A stretch of 64,000 bases of DNA from Octopus vulgaris (Eukaryota), in NCBI GenBank assembly GCA_951406725.2, contig OX597825.1:22816001-22880000 (forward strand), in the 5' to 3' direction. The notes under the pieces were generated by a model. The model was not told the origin of the DNA. It worked only from the letters and a program-made list of their open reading frames with translations, and made no database searches. Positions 13,074-25,989 of this stretch are shown piece by piece. Numbering within the stretch: position 1 is the first letter of the stretch; every line of letters starts with the position of its first letter. A program made the translations under genes and the position numbers.

Positions 13074-13972
13074 TAGTAGGTTTCAAAATTTGAAAAACGC
13101 TGAATGTTGAGCTTAGTATCAGGTGCTTCAAAATTGCATTGGTTGATGATGGATAGTAATCGCAATGCTATGATTTATTGCGTGGAGTAGGAATCTTTAA
13201 GGCAGTCGGTGAAGAAATTAATAGCGCATCAGATTTGCTAGAGAGAACATTGAACATTTGAAAAGCAATGTTTCAACAACTACAGAATGTTCACACAATC
13301 TGTGACAGTAAGAATAAAAATCAGAGGTGAAATTTCCCGAAAAATTTGATATTTTGCTACAAAGAAATAAAAAAAGTCAAACGAATCCTATTGAAAATAT
13401 AATTTTTCTTTCTTTTATTACAATATTAAGTAAATACTCGTTTAGGGGGGGGTATACAGCGAGTGAGATCAGGAGACAATTTCTCTCCGTCTGTTCGGTC
13501 GATCGTATCAGCTGGGACCTTCGTCATCGTGACCGACGGATTGCTCCTTTTTATATATATGTACCACATTTATGTATCAAAGCAAGGACCATAACTCCTT
13601 CCAGAGCCATTGGCTCATAAGGCTGGTTTCCTGGATTCTGTTTCGTATAAAGACTCCTTTCCTTTATTGTTATTTTATATGATCTGTTTTAGTAGAGTGT
13701 ATTCATGAATCTATTTGTGGATACCTGGAGTATGTTACGTTGTTATAAGATAAATGATTCAGCCAGAGATACTGCAAGGGAATCGATATTTACAATACTA
13801 GAAGTATGTACGGTTAGCGATACTATTTAACAAACTTTGCCATGCAGATTCCAAAGATGTACATGGGAGGAACCCCTTTGTGAGAAGAACCACTCAATGA
13901 AGGTTAACCTTGGGTTTGATTGCATCAGGAACAGCAGTTAACTATTTTACTCTTTCAATTTGTTCATGCTGC

Positions 13973-14330
13973 AGTTGCTGTTGCTGTGGAGAAGACGGGA
14001 GAAGTCCGAAACGTGGTCCTTTGCTATTCGTGAGACACGCAGAAGAGAAAGCAGATCAACTCCCGACACAGAGAGCATCGACGGATGGATGAATGCGCAT
14101 CCAGGCTCAGCGGTTGCGTAGGAAGTCGGGGACAAGAAACAGGAAGAAAGAGTGAGAGAAAGTTGGGGCGAAAGAGTACAACAGGGGTCGCCACCACCAC
14201 CTGTCGGAGCCTCGTGGAGCTTTAGGTGTTTTTGCTCAATAAACACACACAACGCCCGGTCTGCGAATCGAAACCGCGATCCTCCGACTGCGAGTCCGCT
14301 GCCCTAAACACTGGGTCATTGCACCTCCAC
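13973..14330 (-). mobile_element. SINE family A, tail type 2
   Basis: Same head and body as 12690 on the minus strand but an unrelated 3' tail; near-TSD TG(T/C)TCATGCTGC at 13961-13972 and 14331-14342. Confidence 0.88.
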
Positions 14331-15035
14331 TGCTCATGCTGCTCAGAAAGTCTACTATCCTCATCTTGCAGTACCCATTGATTTATAATTCCGTGGCTCC
14401 ATACGTTAGTCGAGTAACTTGCCCACACAGATAACGCCTGAGCCAAATTATTCCACCCAATAACGTTCGCGTCTATTGGGTTTCGTTTTTTTTTTTTGTT
14501 TTTTACCCTACCAACTGGTTATCGTATGCTGTCATGGTTCATGCTATATATTTCAAAGTAATAACATCATGTAAATATTTAAATATTGTATGCAATAATT
14601 TTTCTCATATGTTAAGTGTAATATTTTCTAGTCGATGATTTAGTTTTTCCAGATTTTTCGCTTTATGTATTTTACTGATCTCGGCGAGGAAAAGGCAAAC
14701 ATAATTCAATAGAATCGTAGTGAAACTCAGGATCTCATAGATCATCGAACTGGTGATCTGCCAGTTTGTTTTTTTTTCTTTTTCTTGCTTCACCAATATT
14801 CAGATTAGATAACAAGCTGTCTTAGGAGGGGGTTTATCTCCCGAATTGACTAAATTAAGAAAAACAGATAAACATATAAATATTTTGATATACAGTAATA
14901 TGAATTACATAAAGATTGTTTAATCGTTATGAAAACTGCATCGGCGGAGATTTTTAGAGATTTTAATGGTTGTTAAACGTCATGTTTTGCGCTGCTTTTT
15001 AATCGTTTTATTTTCAGAGGGGTTATGCGTATCTA

Positions 15036-15112
15036 TGTGTGTTTATGTATGTTGTATGTATGTATCTGGGAGTATGTATGTGTGTGTATGTATGTGTGAG
15101 TATGTATGCGTG

Positions 15113-15170
<58 letters not shown>
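15036..15170. repeat. (TG)n/(TATG)n microsatellite
   Basis: Directly visible. Confidence 0.95.
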
Positions 15171-15172
<2 letters not shown>

Positions 15173-15251
15173 GCATAAAGCGAAACAACTCGTGAGTACG
15201 TTACTAACATCAAATGCATTACTCAGTAGTGATACACCGAAAAGGCACCTA

Positions 15252-15830
15252 GTTGGCAGAATCGTTAATACGGCGGGCGAAGCGAATTTCGTTTGCTGTT
15301 ACGTTCTGAGTTCAAATTACGTCGAAGTCGACTTTACCTTTCATCCTTTCGTGGTCGATTAAATAAGTACCAGTTACGTACTGGAGTCGATATAATCGAC
15401 TTAACCCGTTTGTCTGTCCTTGTGTGTCCCCTCTGTATGTAGCCCCTTGTGGGTAGGAAAGAAATAAGAATCGTTAGCACGCCGGGTGAAATGATTCGCG
15501 GTATTTCGTTTGCCGTTACGTTCTGGGTTCAAATTCTGCTGATGTCGACTTTGCTTTTCATCCTTTTGGGATCGATTAAATAAGTACCAGTTACGTACTG
15601 GGGTCAATATAATTGACATAATCCGTTTGTCTGTCCTTGTTTGTCATCTCTGTGTTTAGCCTCTTGTGGGCAGTAAAGAAATAAGAATCGTTAGCACAAC
15701 GGATTTAACGTTCTGAGTCCAAATTCCGCCGAGGTCGCCTTTGCCTTTCATCCTTTTCGATGTACCAGTTGAATGATAGGGTCAGCGTAATCGACAGCCA
15801 CTTCATCCAAAATTTCAGACTCTGTAACTA
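15252..15830 (+). mobile_element. Head-to-tail array of three SINE family C copies
   Basis: Each unit starts AGAATCGTTA(G/A), contains GTTCTG.GTTCAAATT..GCCGA.GTCGACTTTGCCTTTCATCCTTT..GTCGAT.AAATAAGTACCAG; the first two end AAAGAAATA. Confidence 0.88.
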
Positions 15831-16789
15831 AAGTAGGATGGAGTATTATTATGAACAACAATAGTAATGATACACGTAGAGGCAATCTCCCGCTCTTAAA
15901 ATTTCTATCAAATTCAATCGACTCTACTATCTTTTCAGAATTTGCAATACTACCTGACATTGGTATTGTTTCGCTACCTAAAACTAGGCCTTTGGAATTG
16001 TACAATTGTTTAATAAAATTTGTTCACTCAATTTTACTTGGTCACTAACTACAGTCGACAAGTTACAGCTTACATTTCAAGAAAACTTAGAGGTGAAATT
16101 TGCAAAGAAATATCTGCCGTCGCAAAACCCCGTGGTATAATATTATATAACACTATTAAATATTTCAGTAAATTTATTATGAAATAAGAATATTAGCTGA
16201 AACAGCAGCTGTAGCAGTGCATGAGTAACAGCAACTGTCTTGGTTTCTCATATAAGAATTGTAACTATTGATTTGTCTGCTGCACCTCGAGCAGAGTTAT
16301 TTATCTTTCAACTGCATACCATACTTCAAGACGCCATAAATAGAATGCGAATACGGTCCATCAAAACAAACTACAAACACGCCGTGAATATAAGAGCTCG
16401 TACTCGCTCGGTAGGCATGTTAGAAATAGCAGCTAAATTCCCCTCAGACAGCAACAGTATTTGTGAATGTGTGTGTGTTTTCATTTTCTTTTCGTGTATA
16501 GCATTTCAAACGTTTTTTTTTTTTTATTATTTTGAAATTCAGTATTGATCTCAGCAGGATTTGACCTCATACATCAACCCTTAAATTAAAAAGAAAAAAA
16601 GGACCAATACAAAATAGACAGCGGTGGTTTTGATGGTGGTGGTCTTTATCGACGTCGTCGTCATTCTTGTTGGTGTCTTCTTCTTCTTCTTCTTCTTCCT
16701 CCAGTTAGAACTCACGCCATTAGCCACAAAGAATAATCTCTAATTCGAGCCTACTCTAAGCTACTAAGAATGCGTGTGGCAACTTCAAG

Positions 16790-17175
16790 ATCCACCCACC
16801 ACACGGGATAGACTGGCGGTTGCATGGGCGCGAAAGCTACGTTGTTATCCTCATTTCGTAAACGGTCGCTTTTAACGGGTAGAGTGCTGAACCATCCTGG
16901 GGTACAGAGGATTCGCAATCTGGACTAGGGTCTGAAAGTTTACCATACCATAGTGGGTTAGACTATGGTTCCTGCGCTTTGTGGCAGAAGTAGGACGAAA
17001 GAATGAGAGAAAGTTGTCGTGAAAGAGTTCACCAGTGTTCACCCCGCCCCCTGTTCACTCATGGAGCTTAGGTGGTTTTGCTGATTAAACACACGCAATG
17101 CCCGGTCTGGGAATCGAAACCGCGTTCTTACGACCGCGAGTCCGCTTCCCTAACCACTGGGCCATTGCGCCTACA
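16790..17175 (-). mobile_element. SINE family A, degenerate or interrupted
   Basis: CCCGGTCTGGGAATCGAAACCGCG..CCGCGAGTCCGCT.CCCTAACCACTGGGCCATTGCGCCT is the reverse complement of the family A head; the left boundary is uncertain. Confidence 0.75.
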
Positions 17176-17513
17176 CTCTTGTTGATGTTGGTGTTGTTGA
17201 CTGCTGGCGAGGATTCACTTGTTGAAATCAACTCCAATTACCTGAGCCTTGATTTAACGTGTAAGCGAGCGTGTAAGCAATCCACAATCACACATTAGTC
17301 TTAACGTAATTCTCCGGCAGAGTCAGTGTGGCATGATGTGGACCTGGTTATAACCTTTAAATTTCTCGTAAATCTACACGACTGGTTCCTACGAGATTTT
17401 CCGTCAAACCAATTTCATTTACAATGTATCGATATTGGAAAATTACGCGTGAAAAGTACAGCATTGACCAACACAAGAAATACCTTACTATAAATTGCAA
17501 GTGAAAGTATGTA

Positions 17514-18004
17514 TTTTAGTGATTTAATAACCCTTTTTGTTTTTCACAATATACCTTTTTTGCAAGATTGTATATAAGGACACAGGGGAAAAATGTGTCA
17601 AAGCTATCAGGAGGCGTTCGATGCTTCCTAGGGCTATACAGCGGTGGTGTACCCCCTACTGTCACGTTCTTGTTAGATTGACAGTATACAACCTTTTTTT
17701 TTTATTTCTTATCTAACCAGGAAGTCGAGGATCTCATCACAGGCTGATAAAACCGCCAACCCTTACCAAGTAAAGCAGTACTACTAAATCGCCACCCCGC
17801 TCCTATTGACTAGCTTATCTAGTGTGTACTTTTAGTCATTTAATAATCTTTTTTTTTTTTCACAATATATCTTTTTTATTTCTTATCTAACCAGGAAGTC
17901 AAGGATCTCATCACAGACTGATAAGACCTCCAAGTCTCCAAGTGGTACCAAGCAAACCAGTACTTCTAAATTGCCACCCCGCTCCTACTGACTAGCTTAT
18001 ATAG
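17514..18004. repeat. Local tandem duplication; the second copy lacks about 140 bp between T-tracts
   Basis: TTTTAGT.ATTTAATAA..TTCACAATATA and TTTCTTATCTAACCAGGAAGTC.AGGATCTCATCACAG.CTGATAA...CCACCCCGCTCCTA.TGACTAGCTTAT.TAGT each occur twice. Confidence 0.85.
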
Positions 18005-18184
18005 TTGGGGGAAATCAATGGAAAACTATCTCAATGTCTCTGCTAAGAAAACACTATAAGGAGAGGAAGTCAGAACGAAGAAACGCTGTAGCTTCATCCG
18101 ATGGGAGGAATCGCGCTTAATTGGGAAGGCTTGCGCTGTAAGATTATTAAAGCGGTGAAAAGATCGTATGAAGCACGACGAGGA

Positions 18185-18259
18185 TGACGAAGGTATGGCG
18201 TAGTGGCTAAGGGCGCGGGCTAATAACCCCACGATTGCAAGTTCGATCCCAGGCAGTGA

Positions 18260-18334
<75 letters not shown>

Positions 18335-18410
18335 TAATAATATTAATAGTAATAAAAATAATAATAATAATAATTATAATAATAATAATAATAATAATAA
18401 TAGTAATAAA

Positions 18411-18469
<59 letters not shown>

Positions 18470-18500
18470 TAATATTATAATAATAATAACAATAATAATA

Positions 18501-18562
<62 letters not shown>

Positions 18563-18780
18563 TAATAATAATAACAATAATAATAATAATGATAACAACA
18601 TCGAAAAATACCTTAGGAATGAGAACCCTTGTTCGAAATTTCCCCATGACACCTGAAGAAGGCTGGAGGGCATATCAGCCGAACTGTTGTGTTAACAACA
18701 AACAAGATGAGGACAAATATCCGTCAAATGTAAATAATGTAAACAATGTACATATTTCCTCATCTCTTAAATATAGAACT
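18185..18780 (+). mobile_element. tRNA-headed element with internal (AAT)n and a downstream hammerhead motif
   Basis: A-box TGGCGTAGTGG (18196-18206), B-box GTTCGATCC (18241-18249), about 335 bp of (AAT)n, then a unique tail containing the HHR-like motif at 18648-18693. Confidence 0.6.
18648..18693 (+). ncRNA. Minimal hammerhead ribozyme motif (damaged GAAAC)
   Basis: GACAC-CTGAAGA-A-GGCTGG(AGGGCATA)TCAGCC-GAA-CTGTT|GTGTT; stem I GACAC/GTGTT and stem II pair, but GAACTGTT replaces the expected GAAACGTT. Confidence 0.5.
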
Positions 18781-21264
18781 AGAAGATATTTTTATTGATA
18801 ATTTCAGTAGTTAAGAAAATAACTGAAATATAAAGAGCACTATTTAGGATTTTCTTTGTTTCGAAAAGCAACCTTCCATCGTATTGCGTGCAAGTAGGCA
18901 TAGCAATGGGGTTTAGTACGTTCGCATTCCTTTTGCGGGGCCACGGTTTCTATCCTATTATACAAAACCTTTGAATAAATCTCTTCTTTCGGGTTGATCA
19001 ACGTGATGAAGTTGATGGAGTTGTGTGAATACTCGATGAAGTGAGAATTCTTGTTCCTCAGTGATATATTAAATGTCCTCCGATTTAATTCACACATCTA
19101 GCATTTCTTCTCTTACAGCAGAATTCGTTCTCATGCAAGCATTCGAGCCAAGTCTCCAATCAGATGTTAACTTCTTTCTATCCTTTCACTAATCACAGGG
19201 TTCCTATAAACGTCCGTGAGCACTGTGCTTCTTCCTCTGATTAAACTATGACATTGTCATGCATAATTACCTAGTCTGTTGATAAGATTATATAACCGAA
19301 ATCATAAATGATAATCGAAACGTTTCTCACTTATATTCGAGGGAATTACACAAGAAATATAGTCAAAATCTCTCTACTAAAGCAATTAAAGCAGACAATT
19401 ACATCCAAATTTGTCGTCAAAGATATCGATCAACGGGAGACCAACTGTATTAAATGAAGTAACAGACTAAATATTCTGAAGAATACATGTTTCTGAGAAG
19501 TATTAGCTAAGCACGGAAATAGCTGTGATAGAAAACTTACCATGTAATTGACATTATTAGCTATATGACCAGAGGTTTCCTACTGTAAATAGGTATTATG
19601 AATGTCTGTCGATATAAGAGAATGAATGCTTGAATAGCATAGTGAAATAACTGTTCAGGAAATATTTGTTCAACTCTAAAAACTTTTGACTGTATTTTAT
19701 ATTTTCTTGAGAGAATCTTGTAAACAGTTATTTTTTAATTCCATTTAACTGTTGCAGTAAGTTATCCATTATGATCGTTTCTTCATTTATCTATGCTCTA
19801 TGTAGGGGGATCTATTTCTCATAGCTTATAATCATTGACACAGAGCTAAGCTCTCGTCCTTGTGCTATTCCTTATGAAGCGTAAGGGGCAGGTATTTTAC
19901 ATGGGTGTTTACCGTTTATACCACTAGCAATAACCACGCCTCGGATTTACCTCATTGGCCATGGTATCGCCACTAAAGGATGAAAGCATTTGATATGTAA
20001 AACGTGTTAGAAAAATAATGCAAATCATTCAAAAAGCCCCAGTAGCTAATTATGACGTCTCTACAATGCTAACATGATAGAAATAGTTTATGTAATTTCT
20101 GAAATTACATTTTATCGCATGCAAAATAATCTAAAAACACCTTGGATGATATATTAATGGCGAGATAGACACGGCTGGAAAATCTCTGGTCATCCGGCAA
20201 CAAGCCCTGAAATAGGACTAAGCCAGAACAAGAATGACACTCATAGGGATTCCTAGTCCAAATATTCTTTAGGAGACGTCAAACTGTCATCGTTTAATGT
20301 CACGAGTATTGTATCATGTCTGGTTTTAGTTTCTTCTCATGTAACACACTGAAAATGTGTTACAATAATATGTGACATTCCTCCTGTCTCCTTAATCTAT
20401 GCGGCACATATACTAGTTAGAACACTGATTATCATTTGCAGACGAGAGCGGAAATGTTTGTCGTTGAAGTAAAGTATATGGGAATTAATTCTGAAGACGA
20501 TTGTTAAATGCTGTATTAACTCAAATGAGAGGAAATATGCAAAACTGTTGAACAATATTCAGCCATCAATTATACACAAAACAAACCAACTATAAAACAA
20601 AAAGAACAGGACAGTAAATTTCTGGTGACTAATAAACTTCAATGTTTCCACTGTTAATTCCCAAGTCATGCTTCCATTATTTCAATGCCTATGTATACAT
20701 GCATGCATATATATATATATATGCATGTATGCATACATCTATGTATTTATGTACGCATGCATATTATGTATGTATGTATCTATGTATGTATGCATGTATG
20801 TATCTATAATTATATCTATCTGACTGTCTGTCTATCTATCTATCTATCTATCTAAGTCTCCCCTAAGTACATGTACGTGTGTGCGTGCACGTACGCATTT
20901 AAGAAATATTTTCTTAGATTAAAGGTTATTAATTGTATGAGAAAACTATTGCAAAAATAGAACGAATGCGTCTTTCCAAAAGAATTGAATTGTGCTGTTT
21001 ATTTTTTTTTTTGTTCCTTTTAATTGTTTTTTTAAACATAAATAATACTTAATTTAAGAAAACCTTTCATCGGATATTTTGACGGCATCGAGAATTCTTC
21101 CTTAAAAAAAATTTTGAATTATATATAACAATATTTTGAAAGTTATATATTGCTTGAAATTTTTGCTATTTCCGAGATTCGAATTATTATTTTTATCCTC
21201 CAAATTAAGGACATGGTACAAAACAACCAAAACACAAAACAAACTTCGAAAAATATGGAAATGA

Positions 21265-21349
21265 TACGTGTAAAAAACAAAACAGACGTACTGACATGTG
21301 TAAAATCAAAGCAGACATACTTATACGTGTAAAATCAAAGCAGACGTAC
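21265..21349. repeat. About 29-bp minisatellite, three copies
   Basis: (A)CGTGTAAAATCAAAGCAGACGTAC-like unit repeated three times. Confidence 0.8.
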
Positions 21350-22092
21350 AATTTAGAAAAGAATGGAGATTTAACAAGCTAAAATTGGCACCTGAATTTA
21401 AAACAAAAGAATTGACCTCTCTAATTCAAATATTTAATATGTCCAATCAGTTCGACTTGTTTAACTCCAGCGACTTTCTAGAAATTGAGTTATAAAATGA
21501 AACGTTCTGCAATCAAAATGGTATGTAATTTAAAGATAAAGAACGAAATCCGAGACATTGGTTTTATTTCAGGAATAATAAGTATGTTCTGTATATGACT
21601 CCTCTCTCTTCCTTCTTTCTTTCTTTCTTTCTCTCTCTCTCTCTCTCCCTCTCTGTACATATATATATATATATATACAAAGACACACACACACGCACAC
21701 ACACACACACATATAATATGGGTGGCTAATGAGCAAATTAAAAAATTTGAAGCCAGGAATATACACGCCACTAAAGTAACACAGGGCACGACGCAGCGGC
21801 ACCACTATTGCTAGAAATAAGAGTCAAAGCATCTCAATAGCCACAGAAACACTATCTTAATAAGTGCTAATCTGAGTTTAACCAGAGGCGCGATGAGAGA
21901 TAACGATGAGTTTTAAGAAGCCTTAAGCATCAAAATACGAAATCGTCGAGGATCTGACTATATCTACGACCGTACAGAGTTGCTTCCCTTATTGGTCATT
22001 AAGAGAGTGCTTCTGGAGCTTTGGGTTTGTTTTGACTGTTATTTCTAGCAATACTGGTGCTAATCAGTACAATTTGTCACTTTAGTTACGTA

Positions 22093-22126
<34 letters not shown>

Positions 22127-22128
<2 letters not shown>

Positions 22129-22399
22129 AAGTCAAATGCGATAAAATAAAATTAATTATTATCGCTGGTGTTCTAGGACACGCCATATATTATTCATATA
22201 TAAGTACATTAAAAGGCGATGTGTACTAGATACACAAAAGCTGGATAAATTTAATGAGATGAAAATTAAAAACTTTTACAAACTTAGTTCTTCTTAGACT
22301 GCAGTTTCGCCTATTTCAGCAATAAAAATAATATTTATTTACTCAGGTAGGCTCTTCAGTAAGATTCCTGTTATTATGGGAAGCGCACATCAATAGAGG

Positions 22400-22402
<3 letters not shown>
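22127..22402 (-). mobile_element. Short HHR-bearing element flanked on both sides by (TA)n (family H2)
   Basis: Unique 276-bp segment between two pure (TA)n tracts, containing a canonical HHR. Confidence 0.6.
22292..22364 (-). ncRNA. Canonical minimal type I hammerhead ribozyme
   Basis: Minus strand: TCTTA-CTGAAGA-GCCTA(AT-rich loop)TAGGC-GAAA-CTGCAG-TC|TAAGA. All core nucleotides present, G10.1-C11.1 pair, 5-bp stem I, palindromic stem III ACUGCAGU, GUC site. Confidence 0.8.
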
Positions 22403-22446
<44 letters not shown>

Positions 22447-22662
22447 AGGTTATGAGAGATAATGGTGTCAAGAAGACCAAAAGGTGTCAGCTAATGCTGA
22501 GTAAGTGCTAGGGACAGACCATAGTTAAGCTCCAGGTTTGGTGGTTATGCAAATGAGGAGTCCAACGTAGGTCATATATCAGCATGCATATAAATACTAA
22601 ATTAACAGAATGAGATAAAAATCCAAGGCTGTGAAAGATTTCAGAACATTTATAAATAAAAG

Positions 22663-22710
22663 GTCTTACAGCTGTTTCCGGGATATTTTGTATATCCCTT
22701 CATCGGAGAC
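22663..22710 (-). ncRNA. Minimal hammerhead ribozyme motif (U4C variant), family H3
   Basis: Minus strand: GTCT-CCGATGA-A-GGGATAT(ACAAA)ATATCCC-G-GAAA-CAGCTG-TA|AGAC; palindromic stem III ACAGCUGU, GUA site; the host element ends at the (TA)n at 22403-22443. Confidence 0.65.
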
Positions 22711-23274
22711 GGTGTGAGAAACTGGTTAAGTATTAGTTTTTCTAGATAAGATATGAAATAGAAAGTGAAGTGGAAGAATTGAAACAGACGTGAGATATGT
22801 AGGGATAGTGTATATTTAGTTCCGTTATTTAGGCAGAATGGTACACATATCAGTTTCCAGTATCTTGCGAGTAAGTTCCAATAGTATTTAAAATTGGTCA
22901 TGCATATCAGTCACCCCATTTGTAAAACTACAAAGTAGAAGATAGATATCCCAGTTTAACTTGATTTCGCTTTCTAGGCTGAATTGACATATAAGATTCA
23001 TCAGCGAGGCTTATTACGTAAACTATTTAAAAGAATATATTTACCATTCCCTGTGCGTCTGTTCAGCTGAAGGCACAGCAACTTCCGAACGAACATTAGC
23101 GAGCAAGTATAACTTCAAAATTCAAATAAGTTATAATTGGTACATTGTCTGTGGGTGTTAACATATAGTGAGACATGCGTGGATTTGGAGAGTTTTTACT
23201 CTTCTTTCTAGGAAGCAGGCGCATAATGTACCCTGACTTTTAATACATATAAGTATATATATATATATATCCGC

Positions 23275-23327
<53 letters not shown>

Positions 23328-24242
23328 ATATATATATATATATATATATATACATTTACATTATATATATATATATATATATACACATAAATACGTTATA
23401 TATATATGTTTATATATATATATAAAAACATATATATATATATAGCATGAGTATATAAAATATAATAATGTTAAATCTGAAATATTTGCCGCGAGAGTTA
23501 TCACTTCACACACACACATATATATATATATGGAGCGATAACATTATTATATTTTTTATATTCAAGTATTCTAATAATTATCCCTTTTCATATTCGAATT
23601 CCCTCTATGTTATGAAAATATTTATATTTCTTATAATCTATTCTTGCCTTTTCGCCCTTTTTTTTCAAATTTCATCTCATTCCTCGACCATCTGAATGCC
23701 CTATTTTACGTGAAATTCTTTAATATCTATAAAACGGATTAAAATAGTTCCTCCTCCCCCGTATCGCAATAGCAAGTTCTACCGTAAATCTGGAAACGCA
23801 TCAAGAATCTATATTTTCTTTCGTTTAGCTGTTTATTTATTCTATTTTGTATCTATTTGGCGCTGTTATACTTTTATTTAATTTTCAGTTTAAGTTTATT
23901 TTCTGTGAGTAGAGCAAATTTTCTTTTAAAGCTGCCTGTTGTTATTCCCATAACATTTTAGCGATTTATATTTTTATAAAATTGTTCCACATATATACAC
24001 AACAAATTTCAAACTACATGTAGTGAACTACCCATTCATTTTTCCCATCATTACAAACTATATATCTCATTTCTTGCTTAATTTTTCTATCCTTTATATA
24101 TTTGTTAGATTTTATTTGGTTTCATATTTGAACCTAAAATATTTGCCTCGTTCTTTTCACATTCTTACCTTTCTCTCTCCCTGTTATTACTCTCATGCGC
24201 CAACAACACATTTGCATATTAATAATTATTTCTTCATTAGTC

Positions 24243-24600
24243 TGGTGAGCTGGCAGAATCGTTAGCATGCCGAGCAAATTACGTAGCACTATTTATTCCG
24301 TTCTTTACATTCTGAGTTCTAATTCCGCCAAAGTCGACCTTGTCTTTCATCTGTCTGGGATCCATAAAATAAGTACCAGTGGAGCACTGGAGTCGATGTA
24401 ATCGACTTATGTCCCCCACTCCAACGTTTCTGGCCTTGTACGAAAATTGGAAACTATTTCAAGTTCTGCCGAGGTCAACTTTGCCATTCATCTTTTGGAA
24501 TTTGACAAAATAACAGCCAGTTGAACAATGGGATCGATGGAATCAATTTGTCCACCCACCACCTCCCAAAGTTGCTCACCTTGTGCTAAAATTTGAAATC
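24243..24600 (+). mobile_element. Two tandem degenerate SINE family C copies
   Basis: GGTGAGCTGGCAGAATCGTTAGCA..TTCTGAGTTC.AATTCCGCC..GTCGAC..; second copy TCAAGTTCTGCCGAGGTCAACTTTGCC..AAAATTTGAAA. Confidence 0.75.
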
Positions 24601-24913
24601 AATATCACTTTCTTCTTCTACCGTTCTCCACTTTATATCTTCCTCGTGATATATATGTTATATTTAGCATTACTGGAATTTTATATACCGAACACATATT
24701 AGTTATTTATCACTAATTCTTATTAATAATATATAACTAATTAACAACTTAAACGACAGTTAGATTTCTTTAAGTATTAATTACTGGCTAATTAATCGTT
24801 TTAAATACATGAAGTATCTATACCTATGCCAATACGTAGTTGGTAAATTCTCATGAATTATGAAGGTATATATACATATATGTCTGTGTCTGTGTGTGTG
24901 TGTTGTGTGTTGT

Positions 24914-24954
<41 letters not shown>

Positions 24955-25181
24955 AGCTCAGCTAAAAATTACTTATTTGCTCATATGTTTATGAAAAATA
25001 TAACATTTCTTCGTGTTGTTCTCAGGATTTTTCTCTACTTTTCTTGCGAATGTTCCAGCTGTTCTCAGATCTAATCGATGAACTGAAATATGCATACTGT
25101 TTCTCATCACTGCTCAGAATGCATAGAATAAAGTTATTTGTTTTCTGTAATACGAGATTCATGCAAAGATCCCAAGGTGGA

Positions 25182-25251
<70 letters not shown>

Positions 25252-25252
25252 A

Positions 25253-25463
25253 TAGTTAATCCAGACAGGAACGAAGAGAGAAAACACAACAACGCGAGGA
25301 CGTGGAACAAGTATAGTGTTATTGGACACTCAGGAAAGGGAAGAAAGGAGGAGGATTTAACGTTTCGAGCGGCGCTCTTCGTCAGAAACATAGAAAAAGG
25401 AAAGGTCCAAGGAAGGAAAAACGGAGAAAGAAAATAGCCAACGGTAGACACGCAGTCACATAT

Positions 25464-25465
<2 letters not shown>
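25253..25465 (-). mobile_element. Short HHR-bearing element family H1, between (TG)n and (TA)n
   Basis: Homologous to 5075-5268 and 32630-32776. Confidence 0.75.
25355..25389 (-). ncRNA. Minimal hammerhead ribozyme motif with intact CUGACGA/GAAA core
   Basis: Minus strand: GTTT-CTGACGA-A-GAGC(GCC)GCTC-GAAA-CGTT|AAAT; palindromic stem III ACGU, GUU site, weak stem I. Confidence 0.65.
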
Positions 25466-25527
<62 letters not shown>

Positions 25528-25815
25528 TTCCTAGTTTTAGAAGCAAAAAATTTTCTATTTATATATCGAGTCGTATACATAGGCACGAAACGCGCGTTGT
25601 CGTTTTAATGTGTGTTTTATATTGTATATTATTTAGTATAGAAATCCTTAGCACAATAGTAATAATAAAGTCGTTTTCGCGTGTATTTTTTGTGTATATT
25701 ATTTAGTATGGAAATGTTTAGAAAAATGTTAATTATAATATATTTAAATATATATAATAACTTTCAGTATTAATGGAATTACTTTACGGAGGTTCTATCT
25801 CTTAATTATATATAA

Positions 25816-25866
<51 letters not shown>

Positions 25867-25989
25867 GAGACTGACAGAGACATTACAGAAGTAAACAGAC
25901 ACCTCATAAAACATCGTTCTATGTATATTCTAACTTTTAAAGGTTTGCATTTTCTATTAACTGATATTTTTTTATGTTTCATTCAGATT

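Noticed and set aside
15252-15830. Regularly repeated palindromic units resembling a CRISPR-like array
   Set aside because: Units are about 210-bp SINE copies with no unique spacers or cas genes, in eukaryotic DNA.
19276-19330. CTGTTGA..GATTAT/ATAATC-GAAACGTT as a hammerhead
   Set aside because: Core is mutated, extra unpaired bases are present and there is no stem I; could be chance.
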